DNA of 64,000 bases from contig CAWHXP010000008.1 of the NCBI GenBank assembly GCA_963833425.1, positions 244,578 through 308,577 on the forward strand, read 5' to 3'. The number at the start of each line of letters is the position of its first letter. Position 1 is the first letter of the stretch. Both the position numbers and the translations under genes were made by a program. Of this stretch, positions 23,205 to 34,751 are shown in pieces. The DNA is from an uncultured Methanosarcinaceae archaeon. Lineage in GTDB: Archaea > Halobacteriota > Methanosarcinia > Methanosarcinales > Methanosarcinaceae. The notes beneath the pieces were generated by a model. That model ran no database searches. It had not been told where the DNA came from and saw only the letters and a list, made by a program, of their open reading frames with translations.

Positions 23205-23525
23205 TTAGGAATTTATGTACTTTTCCGGATTCTCATCGAACTCCTTCTTACAGTCAGGAGAGCAGAAATAGTACGTTTTTCCCTTATACTCACTCTTGTC
23301 TAGACTTTTATGGATTTTCATTTTGCAAACTGGACATACTACTAATGAGAAATCAACTACTTCTGATGGATTAGAATCCACAGCTTTCATTGTTGCAGGT
23401 TTTACTTGTTCAGAAGTTCCCGAAATATCATTCCCTGTGATTCGTGTCTTTCCGGCACATCCGGTTGTAGAGGCAAAAAGAGCAATGATGAAAAACATTG
23501 CCATGATCTTTAAATTCTTTTTCAT
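23205..23525 (-). CDS. YHS domain lipoprotein
   Basis: Signal/lipobox ASTTGC; CPVCKM...[24 protein letters not shown]. Start uncertain (23525 or 23552). Confidence 0.85.
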   Translation of the reverse strand: MKKNLKIMAMFFIIALFASTTGCAGKTRITGNDISGTSEQVKPATMKAVDSNPSEVVDFSLVVCPVCKMKIHKSLDKSEYKGKTYYFCSPDCKKEFDENPEKYINS

Positions 23526-23725
23526 CAATAATACCTTCAAAGTTTTCTTCATTTCACATCGACTTATATAAATATTTCTCAGCTGATAGAATTTGGAATT
23601 TTTGAGTTTAAGTTCTGTTAGGTTTTTGTTAACTAAATAGATAGTACTCTTTCGAGAAGGCAAAAATTATGAAATCTAACAACAATTTCAGATTAACTAA
23701 TTTGTCATATTTTGACGATTTTTAT

Positions 23726-23908
23726 ACACAACTTCGAATACCAATGTAGCGATTTTTTGATATAATCCTTTGATGTTGGCATAAAAAAAATAATACTTTT
23801 TGGCTATCTTGTATCTTAATCGAATACAAATTAAATTAGAATCCCCCATTTTCAATATCAAGATAATTCTAATTCAGAAAATCGTTACATTGGTATCCGA
23901 AGTTGTGT
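23726..23908. mobile_element. MITE-like element (183 bp) with 31-bp terminal inverted repeats
   Basis: Left ACACAACTTCGAATACCAATGTAGCGATTTT versus reverse complement of right ACACAACTTCGGATACCAATGTAACGATTTT (29/31); non-coding interior. Confidence 0.8.
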
Positions 23909-24218
23909 TTTAAAAATACTAATTATATGATTAAGTGTTATCATAAATTGATATGAAAAAATGAGAAAAAACAGAATGATAAGAACAAGTTGTCTCCGTA
24001 AGCTATTGATAAACTGCACATAGAATATTTTCAACTTATAATCTTATTATTCTAAGAATTTGTTCAAAAATACAAATCTATCTTCTGGATACAGTTTGAA
24101 CAAAGAATAAAACCTCAAAAACGAATAAAGCATGAAACGAGTAGCACGACATTACCAAAAATTAAGATTGATAGATGCACCCTTCAACGATTGGTATCGT
24201 TAATATTTGGTGGTTTAA

Positions 24219-24956
24219 GTGAATGATGATATCTTTGAACAAATTCATAAAAGATTGACTGTAGAACAAATAATGACCCCAAAAAAAGAGTTTTATTTCC
24301 ATCCTCAGGATTCTAAATCTCATAAAGAAATAACTACTTTTCCTATCGAGAATGAAGACGGATCAATTATTAAATACTTTATCAATTATTAAATACTTTA
24401 ATAGTAAAGGTTCCACGCAGCACTATATATTACCAAATAAGATGGTTTCAAAAGACCTTGATATAATGTCTTTAATCAAAATACTGGATAGAAACTCCTT
24501 TTTCTTTGTAATCCATGATGAAATAGTAGGGATAGTTACTGTTGCAGACTTAAGAAAGGTAGCTGTAAGGATGTTCTTTTATTTGCTACTTTACAGTCAG
24601 GAAAATCAGATGAAGGTTTTTTTTAAAGAAAGACTGTCTGAAGCTGACTGTATAGAACTTGCAAAACCTAAATGCAGAATGCAAGAAAAAAGTATGAGCT
24701 TTCTGTTTTTGAAGAGTGCAGTTTTTACGATTACCTGGTAGCCTTGAAAAATTATGATGCTTTTAAACAAAAAAATGGTTTTTCAATAAGAGACATTGAG
24801 CAATTCGGTGGTCTTGATAAATTCAGAAATTGGATCATGCACCCTTCAAGAGCGGAAGTCAAAGTGAAAATGGACTTTGAAATTGATTACAACCATTACT
24901 TATTCAAGCAGCTTGATAGAATCCAGAAGCTAGAAATATTATTGAAAAATAGCTGA
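24219..24956 (+). pseudogene. CBS-domain + HEPN (Swt1-like) fusion protein, broken by a 19-bp duplication and a 1-nt deletion
   Basis: GTG start behind GGTGG; LTVEQIMTP and IVGIVTVADL (CBS-like); VRMFFYLL...E and RNWIMH (HEPN Rx4H). Confidence 0.65.
24362..24399. repeat. 19-bp tandem duplication ATCAATTATTAAATACTTT x2
   Basis: Exact repeat that frameshifts the CBS-HEPN gene. Confidence 0.9.
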
Positions 24957-25116
24957 GACTTGTTCAATCTCAAAAACATTTCTGCAAAAAAATTAAAAAA
25001 TTTGTAGTTACGTGCCTGAGATGAGCTTCGTGCTATTCAATGACTTTGAAACTGTGAATTCATTTCAGGATACAACAGAATCGAAGCTTGCTTGAAAGAT
25101 ACCTAATCCTCCATAG

Positions 25117-25882
<766 letters not shown>

Positions 25883-26722
25883 ATATTGGTTACTGTTCAC
25901 ACAATATGGAAAAATTATTTTTTCGGTAAACACTATTTCATCACTTTTATTTTTATGAGATTTGCTTAATCAATTGTATCAGTCTGTGACAATCGGAAAG
26001 CAAGATCATTAACTGTTACAAAAAAATACAATTTAGATGTACTTACGAAAGCGGGATATACAGAGTCTGTGCACTCTACGGCGCATTAAAAAGATGCTGT
26101 AGTCTAAGTCGTCAACATAGCGGAATCTGCATACTCCAGTCATGCTTTAGGAATATCTTACGAGGATTGCAGCCAAAAAAAAATGATCGTTGCCTTCATA
26201 AGGTGAAGCAGCATTTTAGTTATCCTAATATCGGTGATTTTAATAAAAACTATATTTTTATCTTAAATTCAAATAAAAATTTCATATAATTTTTGCTGCA
26301 AAAGTAGAAAATTCATAGATTTTTTACAAAAACTATGCATAAAATAAAATCTAAATCAAACCTTCTGTCAGTAACTGTCGTTGTAGCTTCATTAGTAGCT
26401 ACAAAGGTTAGAGCAATTCACAACAACCATAAAAGTAGCGCCATACTAGACGATATAGGGGAAAATGACAATTTTATTTAAAAAACTTCTTTAAAAAAGT
26501 CCAATATGTTGTTTCTTAAGTCCAGGACGTTTTACTTGGCTGGGCAAGTTTCAAATTTAGGTAGAGAAATGTGGGAAATTTTAATATTATCTTTAAAAAG
26601 GCTTACAAAATATACTATAGTTTAAATATAATTATCCAGGAGTTGTATTTATTAGAATTTTAAGGTAGTATTAGGACAAAATAAAAAACCGGTGCTTTGA
26701 ACAAAAATTTAGATCCCGGAGC

Positions 26723-26857
26723 GAACACGACAAAGCTCTGGCACATGTAATGAACTCCTTGTTGAAAAACGACATCCAGCTTTTCAAACAATTCACCGAC
26801 AACGAATCTTTCCGCAGACGGTTGGACGATATCATCTCCGAGCGGACTTATAAATAA
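26723..26857 (+). pseudogene. C-terminal fragment of a type I restriction endonuclease subunit R
   Basis: EHDKALAHVMNSLLKNDIQLFKQFTDNESFRRRLDDIISERTYK* resembles the HsdR tail (EHDKAL...LFKQF.DN.SF); locally higher GC. Confidence 0.65.
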
Positions 26858-27578
26858 TAGGAACTATGACTTGCCACTTTTAGGCAAAGTGTTGATTTTT
26901 ATGTAAAATTACAAATCTCATAAAGAAGTCTGATAAATGAGAACATAATTTTTCTGGCTCAAGAATACTACTCCTGGAATCCGAAAAACTCATCTTTAGT
27001 ATCTCGAAGAATGTTATAGTATATATATTATAAAAATGAATTCTTATAATTCATCTAAAGAATAATTCTTAATAAGTTGATTTTATAAATTAATTCCATG
27101 ATTTAAATTTCACTGTAGGCTTCTAATGAGCTCATAAGGTTTATGCATATTTCACTCTCACTGTCTGGATACTTTACAACATGCATTAATGACTTTTCAG
27201 ATAAGCTCTAAGCTAAAAGTATATTTACTTTTGAAGCAAGCTGAATTTCTTTCAAATGCATTGACAAGTTTAAGGATGGTGAAACTTTAATCTAGCATGG
27301 CTGATATCAGGTAAAAGAGAAGATTCCTTTGAGTTTTCACTTACCTGGAGATAAAAATGAAACAGATCCTATAGTTTTTTCATCACAAACCTAACCAGAC
27401 TTAACCAGTTACATACTGTCAAACATAAATTCATAAATCAGAGAGATATTGAATGGGTATATTCTACTCTCTGTCTTGCAAAGTCAAGGAATGGATACTT
27501 ATTTATTATTTTACTGAAGAATATTATTTAATTTTCAAGTAATAATAAACCAAAGTTGTAAACAATAAAGGTATTTAT

Positions 27579-27799
27579 GGTAGTTATTACTATACTAGAA
27601 AGAGACTGGATGTAAAAACAAGAGAACTTCTAACTTTTTCTATGATTTTATCCTTGTGCGAATGTGAGCCGCAGTTAAAAGGACATATACAAGGCAATTT
27701 AAATGTTGGGAACGATAAAGAAATATTACTTAGTGCAGTTACGCAGTTATTGCCGCATATAGGGATCCTAGAGCATTAAATGCAAAAAGATGCTTATGA
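27579..27799 (+). pseudogene. Carboxymuconolactone decarboxylase family protein, C-terminal remnant
   Basis: YYTRKRLDVKTRELLTFSMILSLCECEPQLKGHIQGNLNVGNDKEILLSAVTQLLPHI...PRALNA. Confidence 0.75.
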
Positions 27800-28087
27800 A
27801 AGTAGTATAAACTAAATAAGGAAACTGCTCAGCTCATAAACCATCTGAGCGATCTTCCTGGAATTGAGACCTAGTAGATGGTCTAAGAAAGCAGAGATAA
27901 TTCCAAAAGTAGGTAATAAGACCTCTAGAAGACCATAGAGAGTTTTAAGATAATGTTCATTTAGTCATAGTGGCATGTTTCATGAATATATTGTTAAATT
28001 TGTGAATAGGTTAAATAAGCAGTAGTAATCTAATAGATAGTATTTTATATCATTACTTGCATATGATAATATGGTCACTAGGAAGTA

Positions 28088-28291
28088 AGCTGTATAATGA
28101 AGCAAATTCAGGACAGCTTAAAACCTGATCCCGCAATAAACTTCATTGATGCATATAGCTGTAAAATGAAGCAAATTCAGGACAGCTTAAAAACTGATCC
28201 CGTAATAAACTTCATTGATGCATGTAGCTGTAAAATGAAGCAAATTCAGGACAGCTTAAAAACTGATCCCGTAATAAACTTCATTGATGCA
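28088..28291. repeat. 69-bp tandem repeat, about 3 copies
   Basis: Unit AGCTGTAAAATGAAGCAAATTCAGGACAGCTTAAAAACTGATCCCGTAATAAACTTCATTGATGCATGT; copies start at 28088, 28157 and 28226; no unique spacers. Confidence 0.95.
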
Positions 28292-28789
28292 GACCAAACC
28301 TAGTGAACCGCCTTACTAAAGCTTAAGCTCTTTTTTACTATTTAATTTACCACCACTGTTTTCATTGATGCATAATTTTTGTGTAGAGATCTCTATTTTA
28401 GAGACATAAAGAAAAGACTAACAGAATGGGAATTTTTAAGAAAATAAACATTTAGTCTCTATTTATACAGTTTTACTAATTAAATGTTAACCTAAATAAA
28501 AGTCGCCTTTTTTCTCTAGTTTCTTGCTGGCTATTTTATTTATTGTGATACTCTACATGATGTACGAATACAAGCCAAATGTTCGATTCATCTCTATTAA
28601 ATACAAAAAGGATTTGAAACGCATAGACAAAAGCCAATAAATCTTAATGCTATAGATTTTAAATTGAAGCAAAAATGTGGAAGCTAGTTTTATAATAATC
28701 TATTTTTAAAACATTCATTGTTGTACTATATGCTCCAGAATCGATATGTACGCACGTTTTACTTTGTCAGGTCAATCTTTAACAGAAGC

Positions 28790-29075
28790 GATAGTCAGAA
28801 GTTGTGCTAGTTCTAACTCCGCAGGAAGCAGCCAATAACGCCAATGGTAATTCAGATATATTAGAGCTGCAAGAGCAGACCAGAGTAAAGATGACCAGAT
28901 AGACATCAAAGATAATTATGAACTCCAACAGGTCAGAATAGACGATCTGAAAACTCAGATTCAAGCACTTTACGGCCAGATGAACACTGAGGACGAGCAG
29001 ATCGAAAAGCTAAATGAGAATATGCACAAACAGACAGTCACATTCAAAGTTTAATCCAAGAAAATAGCAGGCTAA
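28790..29075 (+). pseudogene. Small coiled-coil protein remnant
   Basis: ...VRIDDLKTQIQALYGQMNTEDEQIEKLNENMHKQ / HIQSLIQENSRL in shifted frames; ends in a 14-bp duplication (ACCATTAGGCTACT x2). Confidence 0.45.
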
Positions 29076-29289
29076 CCATTAGGCTACTACCATTAGGCTA
29101 CTCCTGATGGTGCAAGCAAAAGTAAACCTTGATAGCGATTTTGGTAACTTCAGCTAAAATTATGTTAATGAATAAAATTAGCAAGGAGGGTCATTCTATT
29201 AAAAGGGGTCAAGTTTAGATGGGAATCTTAACCGGTTTATGACTTATCCCATTATTTAGCCTGAGTAAATTATCTTGAATTTTTTTTCC

Positions 29290-29674
29290 TAATCCCATCC
29301 GCATCATTGACGTTTATCTCAAATTTCTAGTTTTTATTCTCTGAGCTGCATTGATTTTCCTATATTCGTGCTTTCATAATCTTCAGGAAACGTCTCTCCA
29401 AAATTCACATGCAAACCTGGCAATTTCCAGCCTATGTTACCGCTTTCAGATACTTTAAGCACTTTAGAGCCGCGTCAGCTTTGCATTTTTCGATATGTTT
29501 ATAGAATTCAAAGTATTCCCCAAATTTCGACTTTTTTTCCTTTCTTCATCCAATCATTAAAAGTCTATATGTTATCCCTGTGGATGATACTGCTAAAGCA
29601 TAAGGGAGTACTAATGCAACATTATTACCGATTTGCTGTGTTGTATCAGGAGTTGATTTTGAAGGTCCTGCAAT
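29290..29674 (-). pseudogene. Phage terminase small-subunit-like HTH protein remnant (copy 1)
   Basis: Reads with shifts as AGPSKSTPDTTQQIGNNVALVLPYALAVSSTGITY-TFNDWMKKGK...YFEFYKHIEKCKADAA...AGNCQVCM*ILER-RFPEDY; homologous to 42991..43080 including the upstream AAGTAAAAA(A)CGG. Confidence 0.55.
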
Positions 29675-30054
29675 GATAATTCCGTTTTTTACTTCTTTAA
29701 ATAAATGTGATAATAATATCTCAATTTTCTCCGCTATCTTATTGTACTTGGAACCAAGCTTTTGATTATTAAGAACCTATCCAAAAAATTTTGTAACCTC
29801 TATAACTTTTCGATACACAATTGAAATGGGCATTTGGATGCTATAAGACCAATCATAATTTTTACAACATGCCATTATTGACACTTCAGATAGGCTTTAA
29901 ATCTAAAAAAAACCCTTATAGGGTGACTCAGGGCATTTTCTTGAGTAATTTAGAATTCTCGAGTGTTTTTTAATTTGTTATGCCATAGAGTCATTAACTC
30001 CTTAATTTTAACTTTTTGGAAGACGAAGTTGTGCATAAAATTCGGTAGCCTTTA

Positions 30055-31188
30055 GAGATTTTCGATAAACTCCATGCTCTTGAGTATGGTTGACTTTAAA
30101 TTTGTAAATATTTGTGTATATTCATGAAAACTCTTATTGATTTTGCTCTTAAAGAAGAGTATAAACGTCTTGAATCTGTTGGAGATAAGCTTGCTGAAAT
30201 TGCTTCCTTAATTGATTGGAAAACGTTTCGTATTATTCTTGAGGCTATGTATATTAACAAAACCGTTTCAGGAGGGAGGCCTGAAACTGATGTCATTGTG
30301 ATGTTCAAAATGCTTGTTTTATAACAATGGCATGTGCTCTCTGATTTTGAACTTGAGAAACATTGTATAGATCGAATTTCTTTTAGGAAATTCCTTGGAT
30401 TTCCTGAATACATACCTGACAGTACTACTGTATGGCTATTTAGGCAGAGAATTATCGAGAATTTCAAAGAAAATATGGGGAAAGTTGCAAAGCCAACTTG
30501 ATACTCTGGGTTTACAGATAAAACAGGGAATGATTCAGGATGCTACTTTTATCCATTCAGATCCAGGACATGCAAAAGCAGAGAAACGAGGCAAAAACAA
30601 GACGAAGCAGAGACGGAACATGGACAAAGAAGGGAGGTAAGTTTCACTTTGGATATAAGCTTCATAATATAATAGACAGAGATTATGAGCTGATCAGAAG
30701 ATTCAAAACAACAACTGCGTCAGTACATGATTCGTATGTAGATTTGACAGAGGAAAATGAAGTGGTTTATAGGGACAGAGTATACTTTGGAGCAAAAACG
30801 AAAGGGTATAATGCAACAATGAAAAGAGCGGTCAAAGGACATACGCTGGGAATAAAGGATATATTAAGAAATAAGAGAATTAGCTCAAAAAGATTCCAAG
30901 GGGAAAGAGTTTATTCAGTAACGAAAGAAATTTTCAAAGCAGGAAGAGTTTTTGTTACTACTGTTAAAAGAGTAAATCTAAAAATGTTGTGTACGGCTTT
31001 TTGTTATAATCTCCATCAATTGAGGAAATTGAAAATAAAAAAAGTATATTGAAGATAGCGGAAGCTATCTTTAAAATCAAAGAATTGAGGATAAGTAAAG
31101 CCAAAAAGAGGAATTAAATAGAGAAATTGAGGGCAATATCTGAAAAATTCTTGCTAAGAAATAAAATCCGAAGTTTATCGAAATCCTC
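30055..31188 (+). mobile_element. IS5 family insertion sequence (1134 bp), transposase inactivated
   Basis: Imperfect TIRs GAGATTTTCGATAAACT / AGTTTATCGAAATCCTC with a TTTA target duplication (30051-30054 and 31189-31192). Confidence 0.9.
30124..31052 (+). pseudogene. IS5 family transposase with a nonsense mutation and frameshifts
   Basis: GGRP..D..VMFKMLVL*, DRISFRKFLG, PDSTTVWLFR, IQDATFI, DGTWTKK..HFGYKLH, ASVHDS and YRDR.Y. Confidence 0.9.
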
Positions 31189-31854
31189 TTTAATAGATGG
31201 GTTTGATTAATATAAGATATTTCTCCAAAAAAAGAAAAATAAGATGCTCTGAAAGTCTACTTGAATATTTATGAAAATATACTATTGAATATAATTTCTG
31301 AGCGCCTAAATTTTATTATAATCTTTCTGTCGAACATTATATCTATCTTCATTACTGCAATCTTCTTTTTCTGTTTAAAATTGACAATTTCACTTGCTAT
31401 AGATTGTATCAAAGAGACACTGATGATTCCTTTACTTCTTTACTCTTGAGTACTGAAGAGATTTACTAGCAGGAATTTCGAATAATGTAATTAAGAAGCG
31501 GGGATTGGCTCAGGAATATAGAGTAGCTTTTACAGGTGAATCCTAGCATCTATTATTAGCATATTTAGAGAAATCGATTTTCAAATCCAGAGAAACTTCC
31601 ACTATCTAACTCATCTCTTGGCTTTGCTGCTCCCGCTTAGGCTGTATTTAATCATATAATTATCAATTTAGCCATGCATCGCCAGATCATTAACGGCGAT
31701 CGTCAGATTCAATATCCACAAACACCTACTTCATTTTCATGTTGTTCATTTCCATGTTTTTCAATTGATCCTTCTCCATTTGCAGTTTCTTATTCACAGG
31801 TCTGCATCAACCAAGTTCTTCTGATAATGATAACCAAGACCTTAGTGGCAGAAA

Positions 31855-33831
31855 TCAACGATGAGTTGATGTTTCGGTCCGTTGTCTTTTTTCTAGTTTC
31901 ATCAATTCCTGAATTCTCAATTGCACGAAATCCATCGCCTCTTCAAAGAGCTTCCTATCGATTTTTATTCCGAAATATTTATTGAGTTTTTCTTCTGGTG
32001 GCATTGTCGAACCTGCTGACAGATAGGCGATGTAATTTTTGTTGAAGGTATTTTGGTTCTCCTTGTACTGTTTAAAGATAGCAAGGGTTATTGCCTTTGA
32101 AACAGCGTAATTGAAGGCGTAATAGTTGTTTGTCAAGTAAATATGGTTAATAAAGTCCCAGTCTCCGGAATCTTTAGTGTAGTACTCAACGGAGTCACTT
32201 CTGTATTCTTTGGAGAGATTTGTCCAGAGAGCATTTAGTTCAGCTCCTCTAACGATCCCTTTTTCGGCACTCATCTGGTGTGCTTTATATTCAAATTCCG
32301 TAATCAGAGGCTGCCTGGTAAAGTAATTTTGGTAATCCCCGATTTGGTTAGAAAGTACCATAATTGCAGTATCTTTATCAGAATTTTCGATCATATGATC
32401 AACAAAGAGTTCTTCATTGAAAGTTGAAGGGACTTCCATTTCATATTCCGTACCTGAACAGTAGAGAAAATCAACAGAGTTACCCATCAGATAAAAATTA
32501 ATCCCATGCCCAAGTTCATGAGTTATGGCCTTCTGATCATCTATAAGGCCATTATAGTTAATAAAAATTAAAGCTGGAGACCTAATGGCACAAAGGTCAT
32601 TACAGTAGCTTCCGGGTTGTTTCCCATGTTCAGGATTTGGATATACATCTATGAAATTGCCAGTTACCATCTTTAAAAAGATTTCATTAAAACGTGGGTC
32701 CATCTTGGAATAAGATTTCTGGATCTCCTGTAATGTATCAAAATAAGTATAATTTTTGCTAGGTTGATCCGTCAACTGCAACATGAGGTCATATGGCTTG
32801 AGCTTTTCGAGTCCGAGTTTCGTTCTCCTGAACTCGTTATAATCTTCAAATACCCCTTTTCTTTCCTTGAAAACAGTGTTCATATCCGCTACTTGAGCTT
32901 GGGTAAGATAGAGACTATAGAGACGTGATTCGTAAGAATTAGTGTAGTTCAGCTGTCTTGCACTGAGATCGTCAAGTCTGGCTTTTTCAGAATATAAAGA
33001 CGCCATAGAATCGGATTCGTTTATCAGATGGTAAAACCTCTTGTCATAACATTTTTTCCTATCTTCGCTTTTATTGTCTGTTGAAAGTAAAGTTTTATAA
33101 GACTGAGAATTGACTGAGAATTCCTTTCCGTCATCAAGAGTTATATTTCCTACCATCGTGATATTATTGGTGATCTCTGTAAGCGCCTTAGTTTCCAGTT
33201 TCATGCGCTGATTGTTGATATCTGCAAGATATGCTGCATGAGACTCATTCATTGGTCTGTGCTCAGCAAACCTCATGTAGGTAGCTTTAAGGTAGGGTCG
33301 ATATATCTCAAGGTTGGGCTCTTCAGAAAAAAGCTTATCCCACTCCTCTTTATGTAGAGAAGTCAACTTTACAGTTGCAAATGAGTCTGCTTTCTCGTGT
33401 TCGCTGCTCAGATTCTGAGAGTCCGAAAGAAGGGAAGCAAAGAACAGATCATTCATATTTTTACTGTTCTGAGTATATGCGTAAGTGTACAGAATTTCAA
33501 GCGATTTGAGAAACTCCTTTTCGGTTTCCAGGTATTCTAACAAAGTAGGCCCCGATAGATTCTCAAATTTCGAACGAAAAGTTTCATTTATCCTCTTGGA
33601 TCTTTTATTCAATGCCTCAAGTTCTTTTAAAGAATTTTCTCTACTTTTAAAGAGATAAGAATCATTCCATTTCGTTGTAATATTATTGGGATTAAGCTTT
33701 TCAAATGTATGATTTTTGCTTATAATTTCAGAATGTTTCTCTAGATCAGCAGAAACACTCATTATCGAAAAAACTGCACAAATTAGTAATATTTCAAGAA
33801 CTTCGGGCCCTTTAATTATTTTTCGTCTCAT
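31855..33831 (-). CDS. M3 family oligoendopeptidase F-like metallopeptidase with a predicted signal peptide
   Basis: HELGH zinc motif, EVPSTFNE, GKQPGSY, HIY..YY.FNYA; N-terminus MRRK followed by hydrophobic ILLICAVFSIMSVSA; ATG behind GAGG. Confidence 0.9.
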   Translation of the reverse strand: MRRKIIKGPEVLEILLICAVFSIMSVSADLEKHSEIISKNHTFEKLNPNNITTKWNDSYLFKSRENSLKELEALNKRSKRINETFRSKFENLSGPTLLEYLETEKEFLKSLEILYTYAYTQNSKNMNDLFFASLLSDSQNLSSEHEKADSFATVKLTSLHKEEWDKLFSEEPNLEIYRPYLKATYMRFAEHRPMNESHAAYLADINNQRMKLETKALTEITNNITMVGNITLDDGKEFSVNSQSYKTLLSTDNKSEDRKKCYDKRFYHLINESDSMASLYSEKARLDDLSARQLNYTNSYESRLYSLYLTQAQVADMNTVFKERKGVFEDYNEFRRTKLGLEKLKPYDLMLQLTDQPSKNYTYFDTLQEIQKSYSKMDPRFNEIFLKMVTGNFIDVYPNPEHGKQPGSYCNDLCAIRSPALIFINYNGLIDDQKAITHELGHGINFYLMGNSVDFLYCSGTEYEMEVPSTFNEELFVDHMIENSDKDTAIMVLSNQIGDYQNYFTRQPLITEFEYKAHQMSAEKGIVRGAELNALWTNLSKEYRSDSVEYYTKDSGDWDFINHIYLTNNYYAFNYAVSKAITLAIFKQYKENQNTFNKNYIAYLSAGSTMPPEEKLNKYFGIKIDRKLFEEAMDFVQLRIQELMKLEKRQRTETSTHR

Positions 33832-34583
33832 AAAAACCTCTACCCTATCTATTCCACATATAGCTTTTATTCCTTGTAATTTATATTGATTCAATGCCAT
33901 ATATTAATTTTCAGATGTGAAATTTAGACTGAATAGAGACGTTAACAAAGATGAATTTAGCTTGACTTTGTCAGATTAGCTTCTTTTTCCAAACTCAGCA
34001 CTTCGCTAAGAATCCCTCATCGATGTAAGGCCGATAAAGGATTATGAGACTTTTGATTATTTTATGATGTTTTTGAATAAGCTGTCCATGTTCTCTACAT
34101 CTGTGGGAGAATTCTCATACATCATCCGTTTCCAATTCTATTTATATTTCAATCTCATTTTGTTTATTTCCGATACACTCCTCAAATATACAGAATAAAT
34201 ATCATTAATAGTTTTGCCTGTGACTACATATTATATTTATGAATCTTAGTTTTGTTTAGTCCGTGGGTGCTGACCTTATAAGTTACTTCAATACATACTG
34301 AAAATTTATCTTTACCCTCACAGACTACAAAGAACTAAAATTAAAATATTTCCCTCCCATCACATCGTTAAAATCCGGTCAAGAGGGATTGAAGCATGAT
34401 TTGAATTGCTCGCATATGCATTATGAGTGATGATATAATATTTGTGAGATATAAACATATGAGAAGTATCGAAAAGATCAAAACATTATATATATCTTTA
34501 TATATAAATAATAATTATTTTTGTCTTCAAGTTGTTGAAAAAATGGCTTAGACGTATTGAGAATAGGTCTTGAAAAAAAATCC

Positions 34584-34668
34584 TGCGAAAGGTGCGATTC
34601 GAGCGCATGAACTCCAACGAGAATAGGCTCACAACCTATCGCCCTTGACCTGGCTGGGCAACCCTAGT
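34584..34668 (-). pseudogene. Degenerate tRNA-Leu (85 nt); anticodon reads GTG, acceptor stem disrupted
   Basis: ACTAGGGTTGCCCAGCCAGGTCAAGGGCGATAGGTTGTGAGCCTATTCTCGTTGGAGTTCATGCGCTCGAATCGCACCTTTCGCA: Leu-type D arm, ATAGG/CCTAT anticodon stem, long variable arm, mutated T loop. Confidence 0.8.
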
Positions 34669-34698
34669 ATATATCGGTTACTTCTCAATAATATATAG

Positions 34699-34751
34699 TC
34701 CTCTATATTGAACTCTAAATCCAGCACCTTGACCTTGTTAGGCAATTCTGC
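34699..34751 (-). pseudogene. Second, more eroded tRNA-Leu-like 5' fragment
   Basis: GCAGAATTGCCTAACAAGGTCAAGGTGCTGGATTTAGAGTTCAA keeps the TTGCC...AGGTCAAGG D-arm pattern and a TTTAG loop; the 3' half is missing. Confidence 0.45.

Noticed and set aside
28088..28291. CRISPR array
   Set aside because: Units are contiguous near-identical 69-mers with no unique spacers and no cas genes.
34584..34668. Functional tRNA-His or tRNA-Pyl
   Set aside because: The body is Leu-type with a long variable arm, the acceptor stem does not pair and the T loop is mutated.
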